Of a stretch of DNA of 64,000 nucleotides, positions 49,520-64,000 are shown in pieces. The notes under the pieces are model-generated. The model did no database searches. It had not been told where the DNA came from and worked only from the letters and a program-made list of their open reading frames with translations. Origin of the DNA: Lobosporangium transversale. Its lineage: Eukaryota. Each line of letters opens with the position of its first letter. The first letter of the stretch is position 1. The stretch spans positions 620,001-684,000 of the forward strand of contig NW_019028990.1 of the NCBI RefSeq assembly GCF_002105155.1. The letters are read 5' to 3'. The translations under genes and the position numbers were made by a program.

Positions 49520-52325
49520 CTAAGATGGTTTCTCTTTGAGCTCGTTGAAGCTGACATGAAGAAGATCTTTGTACTTGCTGATTAATCCAGTGTGGTTTGG
49601 TGCACCAGGGGAACCACGCATGTAAACTATTTTAAATCCAGTTACTGGCTCTCCATCCTTTTTGACAACAAAATGTCCATCGTCAATTAAGGCGGAATGA
49701 TTACCTCCAAATACTTCGTCCAAATATCTTTCAATCTGATTTTTGCCGTCGGGATCTCTCTTATCAAAAGCGTTCTGGATCTGCTTAGTTTGTGTCTTCT
49801 CGTGTTCGCAGAAATCACTTATGGACACCTGGATAAACATTGCGTCGAGTATGAAATCAAAGCGAGAATAACTCGAATGACAATGGCTCAGTACATGTCC
49901 ATAGCCACGTCCAAGAGAAGTCATGTTTTGATGGATTGTCCCATGATCCTTAAAGTTCATTATAATCTCCGTTGGATTCTCGCCGACAAGGTTTGTTGCT
50001 CTGAGAACGATTGGCTTGGTTAAAGTCAAAAACTGGACCAACAGTGTCAACTTGAAATCATCACCTACCTCTCCAAGACTAACTTGTCTCAGAATATGCT
50101 CATGATGAGGTATGTTTGTAAACGCCTGTAAGAGTGCTTTCTGCACTGGGAGGCACAAGACATAGTTTTTTATGGCTCCGCGATTCTTGTTGAGACGATA
50201 GATAAGCTCTAGGTCACGGAAATCCCATTCAAAATCACCACTCTGCGAGTTGTTGCCAAGGAAGACTGTTGCAAGGCTTTTAGCGAACATCTTCTTCGAG
50301 ACCTCGCTGAGAGCTTTGTAGTAATTCCAAACTACAGGGCGAAGCTCGCTTGTTCTCTGAGCTACATACCCATCAATGCTATCTCTTGTGAGTGGTCTTT
50401 TCTCAATTGATCGAATGAAGAGCATAAACTCTCGCGGCACACGGTTTGTAAGTCTCATTACATCCTGGACAATATCGGGTTGGTTCAGGTGGACCTCCAA
50501 CCATTTTGAAAACACTGTCTCGGATAGTGGGCCAACAAAGTAACATAAGGTAACTCGAGCACTGTCTTCCATAATCTGCAATTCATATTTGACATGGGCT
50601 GTTCCTGTAAATATCACTCTAGATCCTTTGGATTCAGCTTCCCATCGAGCGAGGTCCTCTAGATGGTGCAAGAACAGGTATTTATCCGGCAAGTACGGTT
50701 TTTCTTGGAATAACTTTCCATGTTCGTCGATAATGAACAGTGTTTTGCGCTCCTTCTGTTTGAATAGGTCGAATACTGCGCGAGCAGCCACAATTGAGTA
50801 ATGTGCATCTTCAGGAAATTCGAGGAGACTTTCCAGATCAGATGCCGTCAAGATATCCCTGTTGAAAGCGAAGAAGCGCCTTAACAGTGCCTTTGCCGAT
50901 TTTTCCTCCGTATCTTCATCTAATATCGCGGCATCTGGTATATAAAGGGTAAGCCACCCTTCCGCATATCCTTTTGCAGCAAGGAAATAGGATAGATATG
51001 ACTTGCCAACCCCCATAGGACCAGAAAGGACTCGCTGATATGAAAATCTTTGTTCAGCACTAATCTCCTTCCACAATTCCAGCATCTGATCCGTAATTAT
51101 AAATCCCGAATTATATTTCTCAAATTCTTTCGGTGTGAGGCCCAAGGACGGAATGTCAACTTGATCACCAGGCTGATTATCGCTTTTCAGATGACTAAAC
51201 TTATTACGTGGATCGGGCGGGTGTTCAAGATTCTCCAGCATTGCGATCCAAGAGGGTGGTAACGTGACCATTTTGCCATCAGAAGCCCTGTATTCTCTCC
51301 ACCCTTCCTCAATGCGCATCTTCTTTGAAGGTGAAATATACCGTGGATCTAATTATGATCATCGTACACATACACAGTTGGTTAGTACCATAACATATAG
51401 TCAGTCACCAAGTCAATCTATTTATACAGCAAAAAACAAATTATTACCTCCATCCATTTTTCTCTTGAGAACCTGTTCCGATGACTCTAGAAAGATAAGA
51501 GAGCGCGGCAATGGCAGAAATGTTAGCATTTTGATCAGATCAAAGAATATGTTGCTGTCAATGAGATATAAACGCCAGCTAATGGTGTGCGAAACGCGAA
51601 ACAGATTCAATCAGAAAAACTAACAAATGCATCAATGTAAACAGGTCAAATAAAAATAAAAATAAAAATGAAAACTGTGTTCTCAGACAACAGTGAGAGT
51701 CAGAGCATGCGCATGGACCATGGGGGCGACTTTTCAAATTCTTTTATAGAGATGAAATCCAAAGTCGCCCCCAGTTAAATAGTGTTGCCGAGATTCATCT
51801 CAACAACATAAAAAAGGGAGAGATACACGTGACCGTGATGAGATAGCTTCATCAATTGAAATATCATCAGTCCATCAAGAGCTAATACATACCTCGCTGC
51901 GGTGGCTTGACAAAAACATGGATCGTTTCCTCTGGAAGTTCAGAAGTAAATATCTCCCAAAGCTCCATTGACGCGGGTACGAGAGTCTCTTTCGACACAA
52001 TTTCTGACTCAACGACGGTCTTGTCTTCGTCAGGAATGGAGACTTTGTAGAGAGTTAGCTTATCTGCGGCAACATGATCAAGTTTTGACTTCTTCGCTAC
52101 CTTGATGGCTTGCTTGAGCATCCCGACCGATTTATCGCAGAAAATCTCTACTGGGAACGACGTTGCTTCTCCCTCGACAACGCAGTTCAGCTGCAGCAGC
52201 AGTGGGATGGCGCGCTTTTTTCGTTGTGGGTGTTGGTTTACTCTTTTTCGTTTATTGAGTGTGGAGGCATCCTCAGGCTTATTTGCAGCCATGTTTTTTT
52301 GTGTTGAGCTCCTTGTGGTGGCCAT
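49520..52325 (-). CDS. Crinkler CRN-4, paralog of CRN-1
   Basis: Exons 52325-51893, 51486-51448 and 51348-49520, with the same motifs as CRN-1. Confidence 0.88.
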
Positions 52326-53103
52326 TGAAAATTAAGATGAGTGGGACTGAGTGTGGTTGAAATGCAGGGAGAATGATGCCTAAATAGGCAAAAGTATATT
52401 CTTACTCTTTCACCCGTGGTCACGGTATGAAAACTAAAATGAAAAATGTGTAAGGTAAAAAAAAAAAAAAAAAGGAAAGGAAAGGAAAAGAAAAGAAAGG
52501 CAATAAATGAAGGCTTGGAATGAATAAAAGAGGTAAGTGGTGAAATATGAAAAAGGTGGCGAAAATGAAGTGGAGCAAAGGAAAGAAAGGAGCAACTGAT
52601 AAATTTGTTCCTTTATTTCAAGGTTAGGCTTTGCGTGAGAAAATATTTTTTTCAAATCAGCCACGTGCCATTTTCTGGGTCATTGTGACGTGACAATCTT
52701 TAGTGCTCAGATAAACGTTTGTTCACACTCTACTTGCTCATTCCTCTGCTTACAACTGCTCCCCAGGAGGACTGAAATGATCATTGAAGAGGACATCTGA
52801 AAAGGATTATAAATTTGATCACCTTTTCCGCTTTTACTATAATACAACTTTGATTACAGTTTATGATGGCCTTAAAAGCTTCTATTGCAATTGAGCCCCT
52901 AAGAACGATGCAGGACTGTTGTTAGAATGTCCACTGAAAGTTAAGTGGACTACTATAAAGACAATCGTTAACATACAATATGTGCGGTGTTATATGGGGT
53001 TCCTGCATAAAATCGCTGTTTATTATCAGTGGAGATTTTTTTGAACTGAAAACAGTTTTACATTTCCAGGCAGTATACAGAGCTATTGTCCTCACTTTGG
53101 GCC

Positions 53104-53237
53104 GAAAAGGAGCGTTAGATAGAAGCAATCTCTATTTGTTTTATTTTCTATCCATATGATGCCGGTACTATGATCTTAAAGAGCACACGGCACCTTTAAT
53201 AAGTTAGGTCCTCCTATTAACTCAGAGTGGAGTTCTG
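53104..53237. repeat. Direct repeat partner of 39647-39787
   Basis: Direct sequence match. Confidence 0.9.
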
Positions 53238-53710
53238 CTTTCAGTCCAAGGATATCGCCGATGAACTATATCTCTTTTCTATTACTCAAGTCACGCGTAT
53301 ACTATTAGTGCAATTTAATCAGATAATTATTATTAAATGTTACTTTTCTTCTGTGCTGTGCGGATCCCGAGTCGAGTGTCTCCATTGATATTTTTTCCTA
53401 CGCCAAAAACAGGCCATTGGACTAACACGAATAATTAACTAGGCAATATACCCTGTCAATATTTGTTCATTCCTCATATAGGCCATTCAGCTTTTCGAAG
53501 GAATATTGACACATTCTCTTGAGTTGATCATGTTATTAAGATGTTGTGTCTGTGCACCATACAACCCTTTATGCTCATCACATACTCCTTGAAGACCCAA
53601 AAAACTCCCAAGCTTCATACCATTGTACGTTAAAAAAAAAAATAAAAAAAAGAAAGAAAGAGCTTGGCAATGCAAGCCACACTTGTGCATGATAGAGGTC
53701 GCCAACTATC

Positions 53711-54249
53711 TAGGCTCGTCACCAGCCTGAGGACGAAGTTCATGTGCACATGCACAGGCTGGGACCAAACTTGACATTTTGGCTGGAGGTCTCTTTTTTA
53801 AAGTTGAAAAAATTTCCAAGTCGAGCACACCGCTAGGAAAAGGCTCTTTTTTTTTAAGTCATTTGCGCCACAGAGAATAGTTTTTTTTTTTTTTATTTCG
53901 TTTAGTTTTTCTATTTTTTTTTTAAAAATGAGAATGATGAGAGGTATATTTCGTAGTGCAAACCGGATGAATAAATGAGATTGTGAAATGAGAAAAACAG
54001 TAGCATACTTCACACGTAGGCCATTTTCCTCTGATCTGTAGAACTTTGCTTAAAAAAAAAAAAAAAAAAAAAGACTTAGAAAAAAAGTATGGACAGAAAA
54101 AAAAAAAGCTATTCCCTGTGGTGCAAATGACTTTGAAATTTTTTTCGAGTTTGGTCCCAGAAGTGTCTGCAAGAGCAAGCCACATTTGCCTTTCAGGCAC
54201 GTGCATGCGCACTTGAACTTCGTCCTCTGGCTGGCTGGTGACGAGCCTA
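53711..54249. mobile_element. Most complete MITE family A copy (about 540 bp)
   Basis: Terminal inverted repeats TAGGCTCGTCACCAGCC...GGCTGGTGACGAGCCTA, with TA possibly the TSD. It has nested internal inverted arms and no ORF. Confidence 0.8.
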
Positions 54250-54468
54250 AAACTCCGCTATTACTTTAAAGTCTGTAGGACTCGCTCCACCACAATCCCT
54301 GTCTTTCTCTTTGTTCCTCATTCTTTTTCTCATTCATCTTTTCTGACCAGCCATAAGCTTCATCGATATACAACTTATTTTATAATATATCCTTTCCCTA
54401 ACCCCTGTCTGTGCTCAGTAGAATAGAACATCGTTCACTTCAAAAGTCAATATCAACTTAGTATAACC

Positions 54469-56521
<2,053 letters not shown>

Positions 56522-56552
56522 TACATTCTTGAGTAATCATATGTTGTAATAT

Positions 56553-56587
<35 letters not shown>

Positions 56588-57000
56588 GTCCGACGAGAAA
56601 TGTCTGACCATTTTTTTTCATTTCGTCTCATTTTTAGCCCCAGGCGGTAAATAGCACTTCATGGTTCGCTTTTTTTGTCTAATTTTCAGGTTTCACAACC
56701 AGTTTCAACAGATCACGTATTTATTTGACCAGGGATTTTTTTTTTTTAAATCTCTTAATCCTTCTTCTCTCTGACATTTTTTTTTTACATATACTACAAT
56801 GATATTGATATTTAACAGCTAAAAGGAATGCGGCCAGCTGTTTGTTTGTTTGTTTGTTTTGAAAATAACATATGTGTAGAACGAAAAAATAAAATAAACA
56901 GAATAAAAAAATAAAAAAATAAAAAAAAGCTTTTCCAGTGTTTTTAAAACCACATTGTAGTTGAAAAGAAAAGGCTGTAGCCGCGAATTTACATTAATCC

Positions 57001-60000
57001 CTAACGTAAATCATCGTCGCCATCACTACCCCCGATATCGATATCTTCGTCAGTATCCATCTCCTCAGTTGCTGTCGTTGGCTTGGCTCCTGCATTGGCA
57101 CCAGCTGCTACAGTTTTTGCTGTAGACAAGGATACAGTTGAACCCTTCTTATTTCTTGCTTCCTCATCACTCTCAGAATTTCCTTGCCCTCGTGGTGTAA
57201 TTTTCCCACCTCGCATCGACGACGGCCTCTGCGCTGCTGCTTGTTGTTGTTGTTGGGCCTTTTGAGCTGCAAGAATAGATTGTTGCTGTTGATTCTGGTT
57301 GTGCTGCACTTGCTGCTGTATCTGCTGCTGCTGCTGCTGCTGTTGTTGTTGTTGTTGCTGTTGTTGCTGCAGTAACTGTTGCTTTAAAAGGAGTTGATGT
57401 TTCTGATGCGCCTGCAGCTGCTGCTGGATTTGCTGTTGTTGTAACAAAAGCTGTTGTTGTTGTTGTTGTTGTTGTTGCTGTTGTAAACTAGGTACAGCTT
57501 GTCCAATGCCACCTTGCTTCAAAAGATTCTTTTCAGCTTCCTCTTGTTGTTGTGCTCGAAGTTGCTTCATCTTTTGCCGCACCCCTTCAACATCATCGTC
57601 TGACTCGGTATCATCATCTGAATCCTGATAATCCTTGACAGGGATGACACTTTGACCCGGGACTGCAGAAACAGTCTCATTGATCATGGGCAGAATAGGT
57701 CTTCCAGTATGTGGCTCCACCCGAGGGATGAATCCTCCTTGAAGGGGTCGGATCTGGCCAGCAGTAGCATGTAGCTGGCCCATCTGTCCGAGTGCTTGTA
57801 AAAGATTAGGCCCAGCTGATGGCGTCAAAGAGGCCACAGAGACAGCGGGAGGTAGTGTGGCTGCGGCACCATTAACAGACGCCGAGGTAGTGGAAGTGTT
57901 TGCCATAGCGTTAGGTGTAGCAGAGGTAGCGGACATTGTCGTTGCTACTCCAGTTGAAGTTATACCGGCCATGGCACTTGAATTAGTGACCGATGCTGAT
58001 ACTCCAGGTGTTGGCTGCGCCTCAACCTGGTTTCCATTTAGCATGACCATACTATTAAGGGGCTGCCCAGTGACCTGATTAGAGCCTGAGTTACTTCTAG
58101 AGAGTGGATGATTAATAGCGCCTACACGAACCAATCCATTTGTTGGTGGCGATGTTGAGGAGCGTAAAGCAGAGAGTGAGATGGTCCTCATACGAGCTGC
58201 AGTAACCGCTTGGTGGCTCATCATGGCCGATGCAGTAGCTGTGACTACACTGGGCGTCACTTTCTGAGTCGGAATCGGCAAGGGAGATGGGAAATACGTG
58301 TCGAGATTGTCGTTCAAGAAAGGTCCAAGCTTATGATGTAAAGAACAGGTCGCTGCCAATGCACGAGCCCGCGCTAAGGGAATCCAAGTTCCAAAGAGTT
58401 GCGAGTTGGGTTTACGAACACGAACGCGTCCGAGTTCAAGACTTAAGACAATACTACGTTCTTGTTCTGTCTCGACCCCTCCAGCCAATAACAATGTCGT
58501 CGCATTAACGTACCCGTTATCAGCACGCCGCAAAAGTCTATATTCAGCACCTGGATTTACAAGCTTGGTCGTATAAAGTGCAACATTGTCAATCACTGTA
58601 AGATGAATATTGGGCACTACCGGGTTGACTGTTGGGATCCAGAGTTGATTGGCTTCAGGTTCACGCGCACCATTCTGGGTGATGAGTCTATTGCCTTCGG
58701 TGGTCTCCTGGCTCGAAGATGAGCCAAGTCCCGATCCGGAAGTTCCCTCGGCTCCAAAGGAAGATTGCTGAGTGCCATCAGCAGTCTTGGGTACAGCTGT
58801 GTTTGGATTTGATGATGACATTTCAATGTCGTCATTGTCATGGACTTTTTTTGGTTTTTCTTCAAGCTCCTCAAAGTTAACGAAGGGTGTTGTGTCATCA
58901 TCCGCAAGATGAGATTTTCTCCGGCTATCAATAGCAGTCCCAGATCTATCCTCTGTAGATGTTATCTGATTTCCTGCAGCCACTGCTGCTACTCCTTGTT
59001 GCAATTTCTTTTTCTTCTTCTCTGCAGACAACTTTCTTGACTTTCGCGACTCTGCTAACAATGAGTTGACGGAAGTGTCAGGATTTTATAATGTCTGGAA
59101 AAAAGAAATTTCTTTTAAGTAATGATGAAAGGGGAAAAGAAGAAGCACATACTTGGTTTGGCAACCTGCATCGGGTCGTCTTGAAGCATCTGAGCAACAC
59201 CTGGTAGCAAATCCAGTCGATACTCACGACACAGTTCCCTGGCTCTTGCGAGACCGACCCTAATAGAAGAAAGAAGAAAAAACAAGAAAGGACTTGCCTT
59301 TTAGCTTTTTTCCTCCCCTTTTTTAAATCATGGGCATTTCTAAACTCTGATTGTAAGGTCATTCAAGAAGACTCAAGTTATTACCAAGCTCCTCGAACTT
59401 CCATTGGGCCCTCAAGGACAATGTATAATGTTGTCGGTTCCTGATTGATATCAAATTGCCCATCACCAATGATGGTTCTGGCTGCCAGTCGTAACATGGC
59501 TGCGTTCACAAAACCTGCATGTTGATCATTGTTGAGCGCTGGAATAACCTTCTTTTGGATGAGCACGCCTCGTCCATTAGTGTTGGGATCTGGAGGTGCT
59601 ACCACACCAGCAACACGCATCAACCTGAGATCCGTGCCCGGCATGAGGGTTTCAAATACTTTCAAATTCGCATACACTGCCTCTCGCACAAGTGACTTTG
59701 GAGGCTCCGCTGTAACCTTGGAATATATCTGGTCATCATCCTCTAGTTCTGACTCTGTCTCGTCATCTTGATCCTCCTCATCCTCCTCCTGCATCTCCAC
59801 ATCAGCTTCCGTCTTTGCAACAGGAGTCTGAGCAGATGTCTCTTGATTAATAAGAGGCGTGACAGTTGTAGTGGATTGTGAGGGCGTAGTCGTAGCTGAG
59901 AGAGCGGGCGTAACAAGCCCCGTAGAGGTCGTTTGAGCCTTTGCTTGTTTCTCAGCCGCTGACGCCTCTTCCGAAGTAGAGGAGGAAGAGCTGGAAGGTG

Positions 60001-63000
60001 CTGGATTGGCTACTGCAGCAGGTACAATTTTAGTCCCAACTGACCCCGAAGGTGAGGATGACGATGGAGCAGACGTTCCATTGTTAACGCCCGAATATGG
60101 GGAAGTTGAAGTGTTCGAGGATGCGTTTGCAGCATTTTGTAGGATACCGTTGGCTGCATTCCTGAGATTGGATTGCCGATGTGGAGTATGACTAATATGT
60201 TTAGCGTTGATATTGCTCCAGCCAGGGATCGAAACCTTACGAGATAAGGTAGGGTAAAACGATCCACCAGCTGAGGAACTCAAGAGCCGATCTAGTTCAG
60301 ACACAGGCATAGATTCTGGGTGATTGAGCTCCATCAGCGGAGCATACTGGTGATCCTTGGAGGTCGAGTTGTCCTGCTGTGAATAATCCATCATGAAACT
60401 GCCTCCAAAGTCTGCATCAAAGATACTGTTCGACCGAGGAGAGAGTAGGAGCGAATCTGGTGGCATCAATAGACCACTCATCGACATCTTTCGACTGCGT
60501 GGTGATATGCTCATCAGGAACGAATTTGAGGTTGGAGTTGAAGCTAAATGGTTAAAGGGTGATATGGGCGTATTTCCAGTGGCGAATGAAGAAGCAGAGG
60601 CTGCAGAGTTTCTAGAACCGGAGGAGGGGATAGGGACGGCCACAGCTTGGGGTTGACTGCGCATGCTAGGGCGACGATCCTCAGCCTTCTTGTCGTCCTC
60701 CAAATCCTCGAAATCACCATGCATCATTTCCTCATGGTAATCACTAAAATCCTGTTCTTCATCACTGGACTCGTTCATAGTCTCTCCTGCGGCAACAGCA
60801 CCTCCCGATATCTTGGATAGTGATGAGGTAGATTGAGGACCTGAATGGGGTGGCGATTTTTTCGAGTCAAAGGACAGAACTTTGGTAGCATTCAGAAGCC
60901 CATGCATCCCCGCAGTGGCAGCATTGATAGCATTTGAGACTGAGGAATGAGAGGACGTTGTCGAAAAATTGGATAGAGATCGTGGCGTTGGAAGCTGTGA
61001 GTTCTTTTGAATATCCGGCATCTGCAGATCCATGAGCACTAGGTCGTCCTTGCCAAAAACGTCGTCGTCATCATCCTGTTCATCATCATCCTCGATACTT
61101 TCATCATCCCCTTCATCCGATTCACTATACTCCTGATTATTAGGGGGCCGCCATTTGGAAGTATGAAAATTTGTTGGCGTTGTCGGAGTAGAAGACTTGA
61201 AGCTACCGATGAGTGAGTGTTTAGACTTGAATCGCTTGACTGTAGGACGATTTGTAACAGCCCATGTCTTGACCTTCTTGCGTTTACGCATGACGCCTCT
61301 GGATTTGTGTACTGCATCGGAATTCAAATGTTGCTGTTGTTGATAAAGCAGTTGTTGCCGTCGGCGTTTTTGTTTCCGTTCCATAGAATCACCGGACATA
61401 ATGCCGTCGTCGTCTTCGTCATCTTCATCGTCCTGGTCAAGTTCCGGGTCATCATCATCATCATTGATGCTTCCATTTCTTCGTATGTTTGTGATATCTC
61501 TGCTGCTGTTATTGTCATCCGCATCCCCTTCGTCTTCTGAACTCATACTGGAGAAGCCTGAAGATGAATCATGATCTGTTGAGGCTGCAGCAGGGTTTTT
61601 GATGATGTGATTGGGGGCGAGGTAATAATGGATCTTGCGTGAATGTCGTTCATCAACGGCCTTTGCCAATAAGGGTGTCCGAGGGGGCTTGTGTTCTGCA
61701 GCGCGTTTAAAGTGTTGTGATATCCTTGAGGAAACAGTAGCATAGGGAGTAGCCCCACTAATTAGATCAAAAAAAAAAAAAAAAAAAAAAATTTTTTTTA
61801 AGATTCTGGAGCGGGAAGTTCTGTGGGAGAAATTTTGAATCACAGTCGTGCAACATCAAAACTTTAATACTGTCGCTCACTTCAGAGCGATCCCTCGTGG
61901 TCCGCGTGGCACATGTACAATGACAACTACACAACATACTTTATATACACACATACACACAAAAAAAAAAGGAAAGAAAAAAATCCCTGACGGTGGTATA
62001 GAATATTATAGAATTAGGATTACAGCGTCGGGAAAAGGGTAATAAGGATAAAATACATGCCAGATAAACCGAATGTTTAGTTTTCCAATGTCCGAAGAAA
62101 GAAGAATAGAAAAATAGGAAAGGAGGGGGAAATGGCTGTAGATGATGGGTCAGTGAATATAGAATAGAGTTGAACCTCATAACTGAATAATCAAAAAAAG
62201 AAATAAAAAAGGGTTGATTTCAAAAACTTTAGCCTGTCATCATTTTCCCTTGTGTGTTATTATTGCATTACTACTTTTGACTAGACGTCCCATCATGTTA
62301 TTAAGGATAGAGCCCAATTTCAGATCCCCATCCCTTTTTACCAAAGAGTAACATGTCAAAATGGAACAGAATGTACGAAGGAAGGAAGGAAGGAAGGAAG
62401 AAAAGGAGATTCCAGCTTCATGGTCAAACTAATCGATGATAAGATTACAATCATAGAACGATCAAACACTCAAGGCTCTAGTTGCATTAACTATGCATGA
62501 ATGTAGAACTCATTATCTGAAGGGCAAAAAAAGCAAAGAAAAAAAAAAAAAAAAAAAAAGGGTTCAAAGATGTACTGCACACCACCAGTAAAAAAAAAAA
62601 AAAAAAAAAAAAAACACCAAGAAAATGAATATGCAGCCTTAGAGCCATATAAGTTTAGATTAAAACGTTTGGCGATGCTTTTTTGGGATGATGGGTTTTA
62701 TATGAAAAGATAGAAGGATCAGATCTTTGAGAAGAAAGATAACGGATTACTATTAACTCCCACAGTCAATTTTTTTTTTTTTTTTTTTTTTTTTGCAACC
62801 TGTCAGTTTCCCTGATGAGATCGACAGTTTGAATACTATCGGATCCCAGGTTTTGTTTTTGTCAACAATAGGTCGCCAGGATTTTTTTAAATAAAAAAAG
62901 CCATGCTGGTAAGATGTACATGTTCTGTATGATGACGATCGATTGATACCATGTAGAATATTGAGCACCCGGATTGGGCGGGGTGCAAAAAAAAAAAAAA

Positions 63001-63592
63001 AAAAAAAAAAAAAAGAATAAAAGGAAAGAGGGGGGGGGAAATAGTCATAACATGCTAATGTCCATAATAATATTACTATTATTGACTGCAGGGGGTTATG
63101 TAACGGAAATAATGGATTCAAAAGAAAAGAAAGAAAGAAAAAAACTAGCCTTTTGCGATAAAAAAAAAAAAAAAAAATGCAGAAAACCCTGCGTGTTTGC
63201 TTCAATGCATTAAAAAAATAAAAAGAAAAAAAAAAAAGAGCGATAGAATGACCAGAGCTGTTCTTGCAAAGTGATGAGATCCAAGGAACTTACCCCAACA
63301 TGGTATACTTGTTTTTCATGATACAGTTGGCGAGTTCCTTTGGAGATGAAGGCTTGTTTCGAAGATAGAGCAATGCCTGCAAGATCGCGGCAAATACTTT
63401 ATCTTTGGAATCATCTGGATGAACGTCTTTTAATGCATATTTAAGTGGAGCCTTACTTGAGGCTGGGGCCTCTTCTTCGAATTGAGCCGAGTTATGGTTG
63501 GAAATGCCATTGACATGGTGAGTAGTGGCATGACCATTGCCTGTCAATATGGAATGCCTTCCACTGGTGTGTGGTTGAGTCGGCATGGGCAT
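57001..63592 (-). CDS. Large nuclear protein: Gds1-like/HARE winged helix + APSES/KilA-N-like domain(s) + polyQ
   Basis: Exon 63592-63294 splices over a roughly 1.5-kb intron to 61757, giving DKVFAAILQAL...PSSPKELANCIMK...LG-GATPYATVSSRISQHFKR. Later motifs are 'GFVNAAML...RGAW' and 'LLRRADNGYVNATTLL...GTWIPLARARALA'. PolyQ at about 57240-57483. Confidence 0.75.
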
Positions 63593-63887
63593 GAGACAAT
63601 TGCGTTCGCTTCTTGTTGGTTTTTATAGTATTTTTTTTTTTTTTTTTTTTGTTATTGTTGTATGAGTGATATGAGAAAGTCGTTATGCAGATGAGAGTGA
63701 TAGTGATGTTAGTTTAGGAGGAGAGGGTATGGGAAAAGGAAGGGGGTGAATGAAGGATGAGATGAAGAAAGTGTGAGGTGTGTTTCTGTTAATACAAAAG
63801 AATGGGTGTGAGAAGAGTTATGAGTTATGAGTTATGGCAATGATGCACTGCGGTTAAGGAAGGTTGCAAGCCAATACGGCGGAGTGG

Positions 63888-63918
<31 letters not shown>

Positions 63919-64000
63919 ATGTTGAATGATTTGTATTTGTATGTGAGTGTTTGGGGTATGTGTGGGTTGTGTAAGGAGCAACAAGAGAGCCGTGAGTGAA

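Overview
Intron-rich fungal genomic DNA. The gene set and long poly(A)/poly(T) tracts suggest Mucoromycota, probably Mortierellaceae; this is an inference. Housekeeping genes include a Sel1-repeat protein, a PPP1R21/KLRAQ-like protein, an ASC-1/Rqt4 zf-C2HC5 protein, DUF2039, BET3, DUF202, a GPI-type secreted protein, an ankyrin-repeat protein, an ANKRD13-like protein, a SIRT2/Hst2 sirtuin and a Gds1-like winged-helix plus APSES protein. Two accessory systems interrupt them. (1) At 15850-20100 (minus strand), a spliced gene that is now disrupted. It joins an N-terminal XPG/FEN1-like PIN nuclease to a complete Fanzor1/TnpB-type RuvC and Zn-finger region (GIDPG...HEYYTS-CPRPHC...CRNC...DRD). A 40-nt hairpin motif follows it immediately and recurs twice more in the window; it is a candidate omegaRNA scaffold or element end. 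The RuvC-II/III exon is missing from the ORF track because it has no start codon. (2) Four Crinkler (CRN) genes with NTPase+REase C-termini, lying in large inverted duplications. One copy is chimeric, hairpin-containing direct repeats bracket the toxin exons of two copies, and one MITE family sits at the block boundaries. All coordinates and translations were worked out by hand.
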